From: Bacteroidota bacterium
GTDB lineage: Bacteria > Bacteroidota > Bacteroidia > Flavobacteriales > Flavobacteriaceae
DNA length: 64,000 nt
Direction: 5' to 3'
NCBI GenBank assembly: GCA_043783485.1
Contig: JAYVZI010000037.1
Coordinates: forward strand, 5,813-69,812
Each line of letters begins with the position of its first letter. Position 1 is the first letter of the stretch. The position numbers were made by a program, and so were the translations under genes. A model generated the notes under the pieces. The model worked only from the letters and a program-made list of their open reading frames with translations. It searched no databases and was not told the origin of the DNA. Positions 1 to 9,397 of the stretch are shown in pieces.

Positions 1-335
1 ATGAGCTCATGGATTTTAATGTAAAAGTTTGTACGGTACAATTTGGGAATACGCCTTCAAATTTTCAGAACAATGTTGTAAAATCAGAAAAAAGCGATAT
101 CAAATCCTACCAAATATTAATGGATAAAATTGATGCAATTCTTGTTAAAAAAACCAATAAAAACAAAGATTTTTGTCCAATAATTTTCAAAAAGTTATTA
201 AAAATTGCCGAAAATCCACCAAAAAATTTCAAAAGATATACTCTTGGTTTTGATGCTAATTTAATGAAAATTTTACTTTCTGTTTTGGGTTACAAATGGT
301 TCAATAAAGTAGTTATTAAATTTGTTTTAAAATAA
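1..335 (+). CDS. C-terminal part of an SDR-family oxidoreductase (5'-truncated by window edge)
   Basis: Frame is open from the window start. ELMDFNVKVCTVQFGNTPSNF resembles the SDR 'EL.pfgi.V..v.PG...T.f' segment; RYTLGFDA tail is typical of 17-beta-HSD-like SDRs. Confidence 0.6.
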   Translation, partial: ELMDFNVKVCTVQFGNTPSNFQNNVVKSEKSDIKSYQILMDKIDAILVKKTNKNKDFCPIIFKKLLKIAENPPKNFKRYTLGFDANLMKILLSVLGYKWFNKVVIKFVLK

Positions 336-336
336 A

Positions 337-373
337 AAATCCGAAAACTAAATTTTCATTAGCTTTCGGATTT
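337..373. terminator. Hairpin between convergent genes, probable bidirectional terminator
   Basis: AAATCCGAAAACTAA...TTAGCTTTCGGATTT inverted repeat with A/T runs on both sides. Confidence 0.65.
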
Positions 374-386
374 AAACCTTTTTTAT

Positions 387-2594
387 TTAAATATTGAAAC
401 TCAACCCAAAAACTAAATTCCGACCAATGTTAGGAATTCCATCGGTTTTTAATCTCGATAAATGCGCAATGTAAGTTTTGTTCAACAAATTATTTCCGTT
501 TAGATTTACATCAAAAACTGTTTTTGCAATTTTCACTTTTCCGCCAATTCCCAAATTTACTAAAGTGTAACCATTAGATTTGGTTTCGAAACCACTTACG
601 TTATTCTGGTTAAAAGTGCTCGAAAAACCAAGTGCTGCAAAACCGTTTTCCAACCATTTTTTGATGTCAAATTCCGTTCTAATCGAATTATTCCAGTTAT
701 TAGCAGGAATTAATGGTAGGAAATCTCCGTTTTGTTTTTTCCCAATAACGGTTTCAAAACTACTTTCTAAGTGCAACCAATCCAACGGATGCGGATGAAA
801 ATGCAAACCAATTTCGCCGCCATACAATTTGGCATTGTTCTGAATGTACTCAAAAACATCGTTTCCGTCAAGAGTAATTCCTGTTGGCGAGGTGTAAATG
901 TAATTGTTTACATGATTGTAAAATCCGTTTGCAAAAAACTCAAAATGGGAATTTTTGTATTCTAAATTCAAATCCGTTTGAATATTTTGTTCGGTTTTTA
1001 GATCATTATTTCCAATTTCGTATCGGTTGGTCCCTCCATGCACGCCGTTTGAAGTTAATTCTGCTAAATTTGGCGCTCGAAATCCTGATGCAATATTTAG
1101 TCGCAAAGTCAAATCGTCCTCCAAATTGGTTTTGTAACCCAACGATGCATTTATGCTATTAAAGGATTTATCAATGGCTTTAAAATAGCCTTCGGTTCCT
1201 AAAACACCATTTTCCTGACTAACTATTTTCCTGTTATCAAACCGCAATCCAGCCTGAATTACATTGGTTTTCCATTCGTAATTTCCAGTTCCAAAAAAGC
1301 CAAAATCATTAGTTGTAGCATTGGGAATTAAATATTCTATCCCAGAATTTTTGTTGGTTTGTTGCATGCCTTGAACTCCAAAAATGGTTTCAATTTTTCC
1401 CAATTTTGGCAAATGAAATTTCGCATCGTAGTTCAAAGTTTTTAATTTTAAATGTAAAACAGCAATATCGCTATCTGCAAATTCGCTTCGATCGTTGGCA
1501 ATATATCCCAAATCGACATCTAATTTAGAGTTTTCAAAGAAAAAAACATTGTTCAAACTCAATAAATTATTATAAACGCCTTGTTTTGGATAAGCCGTTT
1601 TTTTGGTTTTGGTTTGTTCCTCAATCCCATTTTCTGGAATTCCTAAATCTAGTTTATTGAAATTATATCTAAACGTACTTGTAAATTTTTTGTTACTAAA
1701 ACCAATTCCAGTCTTAAAATCACTTTCGTTATAACGTGTATTTGTAACACGATTTTTGTTCGCAATTTGATAATCCGAATGTGTGTTATAACTTCCGCGA
1801 GCTAGAAATTTCCAATTTTCTGATGAGGTTTTCAATCCTAACGAAGTATTGCTTCCCAAAGTATTAGAAAATAATTTTTGACTAAAATCTGCTTTGAAAG
1901 TATTGGTATTTGCAAATTTTTCGGGATTAAAATACAAAACACCGCCAAGCGCATCTGAGCCGTAAAGTAAAGATGCTGGACCTTTTATAACCTCTACACT
2001 TTCTATTCCAGAATCATTCAAACCCAAACCATGTTCATCGCCAAACTGCTGATTTTCTAATCTTACACCCTGCGAATATACCAAAACCCTGTTGCCACTT
2101 AGTCCGCGAATAACTGGTTTTCCTATAGATGTTCCAGTCGAAACTTGCGAAACTCCTGGAATTGTTGCCAAACCTTCTATTAATGTAGCGGTTCCTTTTT
2201 GTTGTAAAGATTTTATGCTTTCGTGCTCGACTTTCATTACGTTTTGCGATTGTAATTTGTTGAAAGCAGTCGAAACAATTACTTCGTCCATCTGAAACGA
2301 GGCTTCCTCGAGAATAATATCCAAAATAGTTTCTTTTTGAATGTTTTCTAAAGTTTTATTTTGGTTAGCAAATCCTACAAACGAAAAACTAATTTTCACA
2401 GTTCCATTCGGAAGATTATTGAAAGAATATTTACCGTTTTCGTCCGATGATGTTCCTTTATGCATTTCGGGTATATAAACCGAAACGTTTTTTAAAGGTT
2501 GATTTTTAGTATCGGTAATGGTTCCCGAAAGGGTGTTTTGAGCATGAATCATGCAGGAAAATCCTAGAATTAGGATTGTTATAATTTTTTTCAT
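387..2594 (-). CDS. TonB-dependent receptor with N-terminal CarboxypepD_reg-like domain, probable metal uptake
   Basis: Signal peptide, plug motifs PVIRGL and VEVIKGPASLLYGSDALGGV, FRAPN barrel motif; His motifs GDEHG, GVHGG, HFHPHP and HLSRLK. Confidence 0.9.
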   Translation of the reverse strand: MKKIITILILGFSCMIHAQNTLSGTITDTKNQPLKNVSVYIPEMHKGTSSDENGKYSFNNLPNGTVKISFSFVGFANQNKTLENIQKETILDIILEEASFQMDEVIVSTAFNKLQSQNVMKVEHESIKSLQQKGTATLIEGLATIPGVSQVSTGTSIGKPVIRGLSGNRVLVYSQGVRLENQQFGDEHGLGLNDSGIESVEVIKGPASLLYGSDALGGVLYFNPEKFANTNTFKADFSQKLFSNTLGSNTSLGLKTSSENWKFLARGSYNTHSDYQIANKNRVTNTRYNESDFKTGIGFSNKKFTSTFRYNFNKLDLGIPENGIEEQTKTKKTAYPKQGVYNNLLSLNNVFFFENSKLDVDLGYIANDRSEFADSDIAVLHLKLKTLNYDAKFHLPKLGKIETIFGVQGMQQTNKNSGIEYLIPNATTNDFGFFGTGNYEWKTNVIQAGLRFDNRKIVSQENGVLGTEGYFKAIDKSFNSINASLGYKTNLEDDLTLRLNIASGFRAPNLAELTSNGVHGGTNRYEIGNNDLKTEQNIQTDLNLEYKNSHFEFFANGFYNHVNNYIYTSPTGITLDGNDVFEYIQNNAKLYGGEIGLHFHPHPLDWLHLESSFETVIGKKQNGDFLPLIPANNWNNSIRTEFDIKKWLENGFAALGFSSTFNQNNVSGFETKSNGYTLVNLGIGGKVKIAKTVFDVNLNGNNLLNKTYIAHLSRLKTDGIPNIGRNLVFGLSFNI

Positions 2595-2602
2595 TTTGAA
2601 AT

Positions 2603-2697
2603 TATTTTATTGTTTTGAGATTTAATAAATTCAGAATCAATGTATAAAGTACACAAGTATGAAAATATTTTTTAAAAATTATTTAAACAATAAAACA
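2603..2697 (-). promoter_or_regulatory. Putative translation-sequestering stem between leader ORF 3' end and TBDR initiation region
   Basis: mRNA arm UGUUUUAUUGUUU (2697-2685) pairs with AAACAAUAAAAUA (2615-2603): 13 bp including one G-U. Confidence 0.6.
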
Positions 2698-3033
2698 GGG
2701 TGGAGCGCGAAGCGAAAAAAGGCTTCCTTTAAAGAATTGAGTTATTTCTTTGGATTTGAAATAAGAATATCCAGAAAAAACGAGGGTATTTTTTAAATTA
2801 TAATGAAAACTATCGGCCGAAATAAAGCTACTTAATGTAAAATCACAAACAAAACAATGATCAAATTTGTGGTGTTCATGAGTAATTTCTAATCGTGAAT
2901 TGTGTTTGTGGAAGCATTTTTTTTCGGTAAGTTGTTTTGCCAAATGCTTATAACTATGCACCGATTGAAATAATATCGAAAACAATATTACTATCGAAAG
3001 TAAAGAATTTATGACAACAAACTTATTTTTCAT
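2683..3033 (-). CDS. DUF2946/CutF-like His-rich leader protein with CxxC and C-terminal RAPP motif
   Basis: N-terminal hydrophobic segment, HKH..HEHHKFDHCFVC, ends LRAPPCFIV. Start moved to ATG 3033 because the ORF-finder TTG at 3042 lies inside the -7 promoter element. Confidence 0.75.
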   Translation of the reverse strand: MKNKFVVINSLLSIVILFSILFQSVHSYKHLAKQLTEKKCFHKHNSRLEITHEHHKFDHCFVCDFTLSSFISADSFHYNLKNTLVFSGYSYFKSKEITQFFKGSLFSLRAPPCFIV

Positions 3034-3039
3034 TTCATG

Positions 3040-3047
3040 CAAATGTA
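3040..3047 (-). promoter_or_regulatory. Bacteroidota sigma-A -7 element (TACATTTG)
   Basis: Matches TAnnTTTG, 6 nt before ATG 3033. Confidence 0.6.
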
Positions 3048-3058
3048 ACTTGAATAAT

Positions 3059-3122
3059 AAAAACTCCGTTTGGATTTAACAAAATTTATGATTTGTCAAT
3101 TACAAACGGAGTTTTTATTTTT
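3059..3122 (-). terminator. Intrinsic terminator downstream of asd
   Basis: AAAAACTCCGTTTG...CAAACGGAGTTTTT inverted repeat. Confidence 0.65.
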
Positions 3123-3126
3123 TGAT

Positions 3127-4116
3127 CTAAACCAAACTATTCTTCACCAAATATTCAGCGATTTGAATTGTATTTGTAGCAGCACCTTTACGTAAGTTAT
3201 CGGCAACAATCCAAAGGTTTAAGGAGTTGGGTTGGCTTTCGTCGCGACGAATTCGACCTACAAAAACATCGTCTTTACCTTCCGCATACAATGGCATCGG
3301 GTAAGTAAATGTATCCAAATTGTCCTGAACAACAACTCCAGATGTGTTGTGTAACAATCGTCTAACTTCGTTTACATCATAATCATTTTCGAATTCTATA
3401 TTTACAGCCTCGCTATGTCCGCCAACAATTGGCACACGAACTGCGGTTGCTGTAACGGCAATGGTTCTGTCATTTAGGATTTTTTGCGTTTCGCGAACCA
3501 ATTTCATTTCTTCTTTTGTGTATCCGTTTTCTTCAAAACTATCACAATGAGGAATTGCGTTTCGGTGAATTGGATATTTGTATGCCATTTCGCCTTGAAT
3601 TCCAGCATATTCGTTTTCTAATTGCTGAACGCCTTTTACGCCAGTCCCAGTTATAGATTGATAGGTGGAAACAATAACGCGTTTTATTTTGTATTTTTTA
3701 TGCAATGGAGCCAAAACCATAACCAACTGAATGGTGGAGCAATTTGCATTTGGGATTATTTTATCGTCTTTGGTTAATATTTCCCCATTTATTTCGGGAA
3801 CGACAAGTTTTTTGGTTTGATCCATTCTCCAAGCAGATGAGTTGTCTATAACGGTTGTTCCTGCTGCGGCAAATTTTGGAGCCCACTCTAAGGAAGTTTC
3901 TCCACCAGCCGAAAATAATGCAATATCGGCTTTCATGTCGATGGCGGTTTGCATTCCTACGACTTTGTATTTTTTTCCTTTAAATTCTATTTCCTTTCCA
4001 ACAGATTTTCCTGAAGCTACAGGAATGAGCTCTGTTACGGGAAAATTTCTTTCGGCTAAAACCTGAAGCATTACTTCGCCAACCATTCCGGTTGCACCAA
4101 CAACTGCTATTTTCAT
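3127..4116 (-). CDS. asd: Aspartate-semialdehyde dehydrogenase
   Basis: VVGATGMVG, DNSSAWRM, NANCSTIQ catalytic Cys, DNLRKGAATN. Confidence 0.97.
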   Translation of the reverse strand: MKIAVVGATGMVGEVMLQVLAERNFPVTELIPVASGKSVGKEIEFKGKKYKVVGMQTAIDMKADIALFSAGGETSLEWAPKFAAAGTTVIDNSSAWRMDQTKKLVVPEINGEILTKDDKIIPNANCSTIQLVMVLAPLHKKYKIKRVIVSTYQSITGTGVKGVQQLENEYAGIQGEMAYKYPIHRNAIPHCDSFEENGYTKEEMKLVRETQKILNDRTIAVTATAVRVPIVGGHSEAVNIEFENDYDVNEVRRLLHNTSGVVVQDNLDTFTYPMPLYAEGKDDVFVGRIRRDESQPNSLNLWIVADNLRKGAATNTIQIAEYLVKNSLV

Positions 4117-4144
4117 AAAGTGCGTTTTTTAATTTTTGGAAATA

Positions 4145-4152
4145 CAAAAGTA
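4145..4152 (-). promoter_or_regulatory. -7 promoter element (TACTTTTG) for asd
   Basis: TAnnTTTG match about 30 nt upstream of the start. Confidence 0.55.
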
Positions 4153-4245
4153 ATAAATATTGTACTGATTTTTATATTTCTATAAAAAAGAAAAACCGCC
4201 TCAATTAAGAAACGGTTTGGTTAGAATATTGTAATGTAGCGGAAA

Positions 4246-4614
4246 TTATTTTTTTAATAAATCTCTAATTTGAGTAAGCAATTCCTCTTGGGATGGTCCT
4301 GCTGGCGCAGCAACTTCTTCCTTTTTAGTAGAGTTTAAGGCTTTAACCAATAAAAAAATCACAAAAGAGATTACCAAAAATCCGATAATTGCAGCCAAGA
4401 ATTTTCCGTATAAAATACCTCCGTCTGTTTTTAGTCCTGCTAAATCTGCTACTTGCGCGGCTTTTAGGGCTGGATTTAAAATGGCTGGTGTAATTACGTC
4501 AGACACTAATGAGGTTACAATACCACTAAATGCACCTCCAATAATAACTCCGACAGCTAAATCCATCACGTTTCCTTTTGCAATAAAATCTTTAAATTCT
4601 GAAATCATTCCCAT
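4246..4614 (-). CDS. mscL: Large-conductance mechanosensitive channel
   Basis: EFKDFIAKGNVMDLAVGVIIGGAF and LLTQIRDLL. Confidence 0.96.
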   Translation of the reverse strand: MGMISEFKDFIAKGNVMDLAVGVIIGGAFSGIVTSLVSDVITPAILNPALKAAQVADLAGLKTDGGILYGKFLAAIIGFLVISFVIFLLVKALNSTKKEEVAAPAGPSQEELLTQIRDLLKK

Positions 4615-4707
4615 AATAATAGTTTTTTAGTTTATAGTTTGTTTTAATAGTATTACGAATTTAGTTAATTTTTTAACAAATCATAATTTTTTTGTGTAGA
4701 ATTAATA

Positions 4708-7182
4708 CTACTCTCTAAAAAATATTCGTTTTACTCTTTGAGAAATGCTGGTCAGGATTTCGTAAGGAATGGTTTGTAGTTTTTTGGCCATTAAATTCAC
4801 GGATGGATTTTCCCCAAAAATTATTACTGGATCACTCTCGTTGCAAACTATTTCGGTTACATCGACCATGAGCATATCCATGCAAACGCTACCAACTATT
4901 GTAGCTTTTTGGTTATTTATGGTAACAAACCCAAGTCCATTTCCCCATTGTCTGGAAATTCCGTCGGCGTAACCAATAGGAATTGTGGCTATTTTTGTAG
5001 TTTTTTCGGCAATAAATCGTCGTCCGTAACCTACACTTTCGCCAGCATCTATAGTTCGGATTTGCGAAATGATAGATTTTAGTGTGCTTACGTTTTCTAA
5101 ATATTTTTGTTCCTCTAAATCGTTCGAAATTCCGTAAAGTCCAATTCCTAAACGAACCATATCATATTGCGCTTTCGGGAAATTACTAATTCCAGACGTA
5201 TTTAATATATGTCTTATAGGATTTATTTTTAATTCGGAAATTAATCTGGAGGATAATTTTTCGAATAATGTAATTTGCGACATTGCAAAAAGATAATGTT
5301 TTCCGTCGTCGCTAGTTGCCATGTGCGATAAAATGCTTTTTACCTGAACTGTTTTATTTTCTTTTAAAATTGAAATTAAATCCTCAATATTTTCTTCCTC
5401 AAAACCCAAACGATGCATTCCTGTATCTATTTTGATGTGAATTGGGAAATTTTTTAGACTTTTTTGTTCAGCAATTTTCAAAAAGGCATTTAATCCTTTC
5501 AAACTATAAATTTCGGGCTCTAAATCGTGCTGAATTATAGCTGAAAAACTTGTATTCTCTGGATTAAGCACCATAATTGGCAAATTTATTCCAGCATTTT
5601 TTAATGAGATTCCTTCGTCGGCAAATGCTACGCCAAGATAATCTACTTTGTGATGTTCCAGTAATTTTGCGATTTCGAAACCGCCATTTCCGTAACCAAA
5701 AGCCTTAACCATTACCATCATTTTGGTTGTTGGGTTTAGTTTTGTTTTAAAGAAATTGAGATTATGACTTATAGCATTTAGATTAATTTCCAGAACAGTT
5801 TCGTGTGTTTTTTCTTCTAGTAAAGATACAATTTGCTCAAACTGAAATTGCCTTGCGCCTTTTATCAATATGGTTTCGTTGGTAAATTCTAAAGTATTAA
5901 AACTTGAAATAAATTCTTCTGTATTTTGGAAAGTTATACAATTTAAAAATTTGTTTTTGAAACCCGAAATAACGGTTCCAATTACAATTACTCGATTTAT
6001 TTTGTTAGAAATAATAAGCTGCGAAACTTTAGAATACAATTCTTCGTTAGATAATCCAGACTGAAAAATATCAGACAAAATCAGTGTTTTTTTCTTGTAT
6101 TGTTTGCTGCGCAAATTCGCCTCTTGGGCTCGGGTTTGGCTTTCCAGAAAATCCAAAGCAATTTTTAGTGATTGAAAATCCGAACTGTAACTGTCGTCAA
6201 TTATGGTTGTGTTGTTTATTCCGTTTTTTAATTTCAATCGCATTTCGACGGGATAAAGCAATTCCATTCGGTTTTCGATGGTTTTATGATCGTATTTTAA
6301 TAACAGTAAAACCATCATGCACGAAATGGCATTTTCTATTGATGCATCATCTTGAAAAGGAATTTTTATCTCGAAAGTTTCATTTCCGTGACGAATATGT
6401 AAAATAGTTTTGTCTAAAATAGATTTTTTTGTAATAAAAATATCTGCATTTTCATCTTTGCAACTCCAAGAAAAAGTTTTTAGTTTTGGATTTAGGAAAG
6501 CATCTATAGTTTTATTTTTATTGTAAATTAAAACTTCGGAATTTACAAAAAGTTTGAGTTTTTCTTTAATTTTATCGCCAATATTTCCAAAACCTTCATC
6601 ATGCGCGGTCCCAATGTTTGTTAGGATTCCGATAGTTGGTTTTATGATTTTTTCGAGTTTTTCCATTTCGGAAATTGTTGAAATTCCAGCCTCGAAAATT
6701 CCTAAATTATGCTTTTCATTTATGGAAATAACGGATAATGGAACGCCAACTTGCGAATTATAACTTTTTGGGGATCTAATAATATTATAATCAGGACTTA
6801 GTAGGAAATTGAGCCATTCCTTTACGATGGTTTTGCCGTTACTACCCGTAATTCCTATAATTGGAAAATCGAAAAGTGATCTGTAATAAGTTGCAAATTC
6901 CTGTAAAGCTAATAATGTATTTTCGACAACCAAAAAATTAGCTTTACTTTCCAGATTTTCGGGAATGTGCGTAACAACAAAATTCCGAATACCTTTTTCA
7001 ATTAATTCTCCTACATATATGTGCGCATTGTTATTTGGACCAACAAGTGCAAAAAACAAAGTGTTTTCGTTATTTTGCAACGACCGACTATCAATAGCAA
7101 TGTTTTCGATTACGGAATCGGGATTTAGTCCAAAAAAATTGGCTTTGAGAATTTGTATGATATTTTTTAGTGGTAAATTCAT
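4708..7182 (-). CDS. murF/alr: Bifunctional UDP-MurNAc-tripeptide:D-Ala-D-Ala ligase / alanine racemase (MurF-Alr fusion)
   Basis: DSRS, ITGSNGKTIVKE, DDSYSSD (MurF); MVKAFGYGNG PLP Lys, HIKIDTGMHRLG, GYADG, CMDM (Alr). Start taken at ATG 7182, which overlaps the upstream toxin stop (ATGA). Confidence 0.93.
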   Translation of the reverse strand: MNLPLKNIIQILKANFFGLNPDSVIENIAIDSRSLQNNENTLFFALVGPNNNAHIYVGELIEKGIRNFVVTHIPENLESKANFLVVENTLLALQEFATYYRSLFDFPIIGITGSNGKTIVKEWLNFLLSPDYNIIRSPKSYNSQVGVPLSVISINEKHNLGIFEAGISTISEMEKLEKIIKPTIGILTNIGTAHDEGFGNIGDKIKEKLKLFVNSEVLIYNKNKTIDAFLNPKLKTFSWSCKDENADIFITKKSILDKTILHIRHGNETFEIKIPFQDDASIENAISCMMVLLLLKYDHKTIENRMELLYPVEMRLKLKNGINNTTIIDDSYSSDFQSLKIALDFLESQTRAQEANLRSKQYKKKTLILSDIFQSGLSNEELYSKVSQLIISNKINRVIVIGTVISGFKNKFLNCITFQNTEEFISSFNTLEFTNETILIKGARQFQFEQIVSLLEEKTHETVLEINLNAISHNLNFFKTKLNPTTKMMVMVKAFGYGNGGFEIAKLLEHHKVDYLGVAFADEGISLKNAGINLPIMVLNPENTSFSAIIQHDLEPEIYSLKGLNAFLKIAEQKSLKNFPIHIKIDTGMHRLGFEEENIEDLISILKENKTVQVKSILSHMATSDDGKHYLFAMSQITLFEKLSSRLISELKINPIRHILNTSGISNFPKAQYDMVRLGIGLYGISNDLEEQKYLENVSTLKSIISQIRTIDAGESVGYGRRFIAEKTTKIATIPIGYADGISRQWGNGLGFVTINNQKATIVGSVCMDMLMVDVTEIVCNESDPVIIFGENPSVNLMAKKLQTIPYEILTSISQRVKRIFFRE
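6106..6135 (-). repeat. 30-bp GC-rich short element inserted in frame in murF-alr (encodes TRAQEANLRS)
   Basis: ACCCGAGCCCAAGAGGCGAATTTGCGCAGC in an AT-rich gene, flanked by CAAA on both sides; similar to 36500-36529. Confidence 0.65.
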
Positions 7183-7496
7183 TTTGTCCTTAAAATTTTC
7201 GATTCGTCTTGTCGGCAATCAAAAACATTAGCAATATTAACCACTGCGTTATTTTCTTCAATCCAATAAATAATTTTATAATTTTTTTCGACCAAATATC
7301 TAAAACCTTCACTTCTGTGTTTTAACGCTTCTTCTGTTTGTCCCAAATAAGGGTTTTTAATTAAGTCTATGGTTCGGTCTAATATTGAGTTTGCTATTTT
7401 ATTGGAAACCTCTGCATTTGCTTTTTCTAAATAATAACCAAAAATATCTTGTAATTGATTTTCGGCAAACTGCGTCCAAGCAATTCTTAGCTCCAT
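7179..7496 (-). CDS. RelE/ParE-family type II toxin
   Basis: 105 aa, WTQFAENQLQDI, PYLG, YKIIY, VFDCRQ pattern. Confidence 0.85.
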   Translation of the reverse strand: MELRIAWTQFAENQLQDIFGYYLEKANAEVSNKIANSILDRTIDLIKNPYLGQTEEALKHRSEGFRYLVEKNYKIIYWIEENNAVVNIANVFDCRQDESKILRTK

Positions 7497-7729
7497 TTTT
7501 TTATTTTTTCCTTGAGTTCAAAGACATCGATAACTCTTCCGTTTTTTGCATCATCAATTGCAATATCTATTTCTTTATTTAATGTTTCGGAATTTTTTGG
7601 ACGAAAATTTTTTTCGAAAAGTTGAATCCGTTCCGTTTTTAAAAAATTTTCCAAACGAGTTACAATTTCTTCACTTTCGATATTAAGAAAATCTCTTACA
7701 AATGATATTTTTCGAGTTTGTAAATCCAT
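7487..7729 (-). CDS. Putative antitoxin (addiction-module partner)
   Basis: 80 aa, overlaps toxin start; DAKNGRVI...W tail typical of addiction-module antitoxins; own -7 element TAAATTTG at 7754-7747. Confidence 0.7.
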   Translation of the reverse strand: MDLQTRKISFVRDFLNIESEEIVTRLENFLKTERIQLFEKNFRPKNSETLNKEIDIAIDDAKNGRVIDVFELKEKIKKWS

Positions 7730-7781
7730 ATTTTTTTGTTTTAATTCAAATTTAGCAAAAAATCATACACAATATTATACT

Positions 7782-8396
7782 TTATGATTTTTTGTTGGGA
7801 GTAATTTCTTTCTCCTGATTTTTTTTCATGGCGTTGTAATATGCTGCGCGGCTCAAAGGTTCGTATTCCTCGGTTTCGCCAAGCATAACTAGTTTTTCGT
7901 TATCGGTTTTACGGAAACTATAATTCGCTAAATTTCCAGTTCGGGTACAAACGGCATGCACTTTTGTAACATATTCGGCCGTTGCCATAAGCGCGGGCAT
8001 TGGGCCAAAGGGATTTCCTTTAAAATCCATATCTAATCCTGCCACAATTACTCTAATGCCAGAATTGGCTAGATCATTACATATTTTAACGATTTCGTCA
8101 TCAAAAAATTGTGCTTCGTCAATACCAACTACATCGCAGCCTTGCGCCAAAATGGCAATATTTGCAGCAGCAGGAACTGGGGTAGAACGAATTTCGTTAC
8201 GATTGTGCGAAACGACCATTTCCTCATCATAACGCGTATCGATTGATGGTTTGAAAATTTCGACTTTTTGCTTGGCAAATTGTGCGCGTTTTAGTCTGCG
8301 AATGAGTTCTTCGGTTTTGCCCGAAAACATCGATCCGCAAATTACTTCGATCCAACCAAATTGTTCTTTATGATTTACTGTATTTTCGAGAAACAT
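7782..8396 (-). CDS. tdk: Thymidine kinase
   Basis: [25 protein letters not shown]. Confidence 0.97.
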   Translation of the reverse strand: MFLENTVNHKEQFGWIEVICGSMFSGKTEELIRRLKRAQFAKQKVEIFKPSIDTRYDEEMVVSHNRNEIRSTPVPAAANIAILAQGCDVVGIDEAQFFDDEIVKICNDLANSGIRVIVAGLDMDFKGNPFGPMPALMATAEYVTKVHAVCTRTGNLANYSFRKTDNEKLVMLGETEEYEPLSRAAYYNAMKKNQEKEITPNKKS

Positions 8397-8497
8397 TTTG
8401 TAATTTTCGTGCTTAAAAAGGATTAGTTTATTTTACTTTGTAACCGAAACAAAAATATTAAAAATCAATTGCTTTACTCACTATAATTCTAAAAGTT

Positions 8498-9391
8498 ATG
8501 AAGAAAAGATTAGAAGCCGAATTAATTAGCATTGCACACCGAATTTTGAAGCTTAGAGGCAAATCAGAATTGGTACAATTGCATCTGGAAACTCAAAAAC
8601 TATACGAGACACTATCGGTTTTGAAATTTGTTGAGGAAAATTTAGAAATTATTCAGCCAAAAATAAATGTAGAACAAGTAGAAGAAAAACTCGAAAAAGC
8701 ATTTGATAAAAAAGAAAAAAAAGACAAAAAATCTAAATTAAAAGAAATTCCTGTTTTATCCGACGAAGTTTTTGATGATGTAAACCAGGATACGGAACCA
8801 GAATTGAAAGAAAATTTTGAAGAAATAGTTGAAGTAGAAATACCCAAAGAAGAAGTTCAAGAATCGATTCCTGAAGCAGAACCCGAAGTTATTATTCCAG
8901 CTTTCGAAATCCAAAAAGAAGAAGAAGTAGAGCAAGAATTAGAGATCGAAAAGGAAACAAAACCAACTCAAATTTCTTTTGAAGATTTATTAGGTCAAAA
9001 TTACAGCGAGCCAATTTTCGAAAAAGTTTCCGATAAAAAAGAAGTTCCTCAATTTATTTCAGAAATTAAAAACGAAGAAATTCCAGAACAAATTATCATT
9101 GAAAACGAACCAGTTTTTGAAGAAAAAGTTCCAGAAAATGAAGTTTTAATAGAAAAATCGGCAACAGGAATAAGTTTTGGATTAAATGATCGAATTGGTT
9201 TCGAAAAACAATTATTTGATGGTAGCACCGAGGATATGAACAGAGTAATTTCGCAATTATCGACTTTCAATTCCATGCAAGAAGCACAAGATTTTATCGA
9301 AGATATGGTCAAACCAGATTACAACAATTGGAAAGGAAAAGAAGATTATGAGGAACGTTTCATGGAAGTTGTTGCCAGAAAATTTGCATAA
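8498..9391 (+). CDS. Hypothetical protein with Glu-rich linker between two probable folded ends
   Basis: 297-aa ORF; N-term ELISIAHRILKL, C-term GLNDRIGF...W...ERF; apparently co-transcribed with rsmI. Confidence 0.7.
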   Translation: MKKRLEAELISIAHRILKLRGKSELVQLHLETQKLYETLSVLKFVEENLEIIQPKINVEQVEEKLEKAFDKKEKKDKKSKLKEIPVLSDEVFDDVNQDTEPELKENFEEIVEVEIPKEEVQESIPEAEPEVIIPAFEIQKEEEVEQELEIEKETKPTQISFEDLLGQNYSEPIFEKVSDKKEVPQFISEIKNEEIPEQIIIENEPVFEEKVPENEVLIEKSATGISFGLNDRIGFEKQLFDGSTEDMNRVISQLSTFNSMQEAQDFIEDMVKPDYNNWKGKEDYEERFMEVVARKFA

Positions 9392-9397
9392 ATAAAC

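Noticed and set aside
4708-7182. MurF-Alr fusion as a novelty
   Set aside because: A known, common architecture in Bacteroidota.
7183-7218. ORF-track N-terminal extension of murF-alr (similarly 38376, 40599, 44374, 51150, 61083 and 62304 starts)
   Set aside because: These extensions overlap upstream genes, repeats or promoters; downstream ATGs fit signal peptides or translational coupling better.
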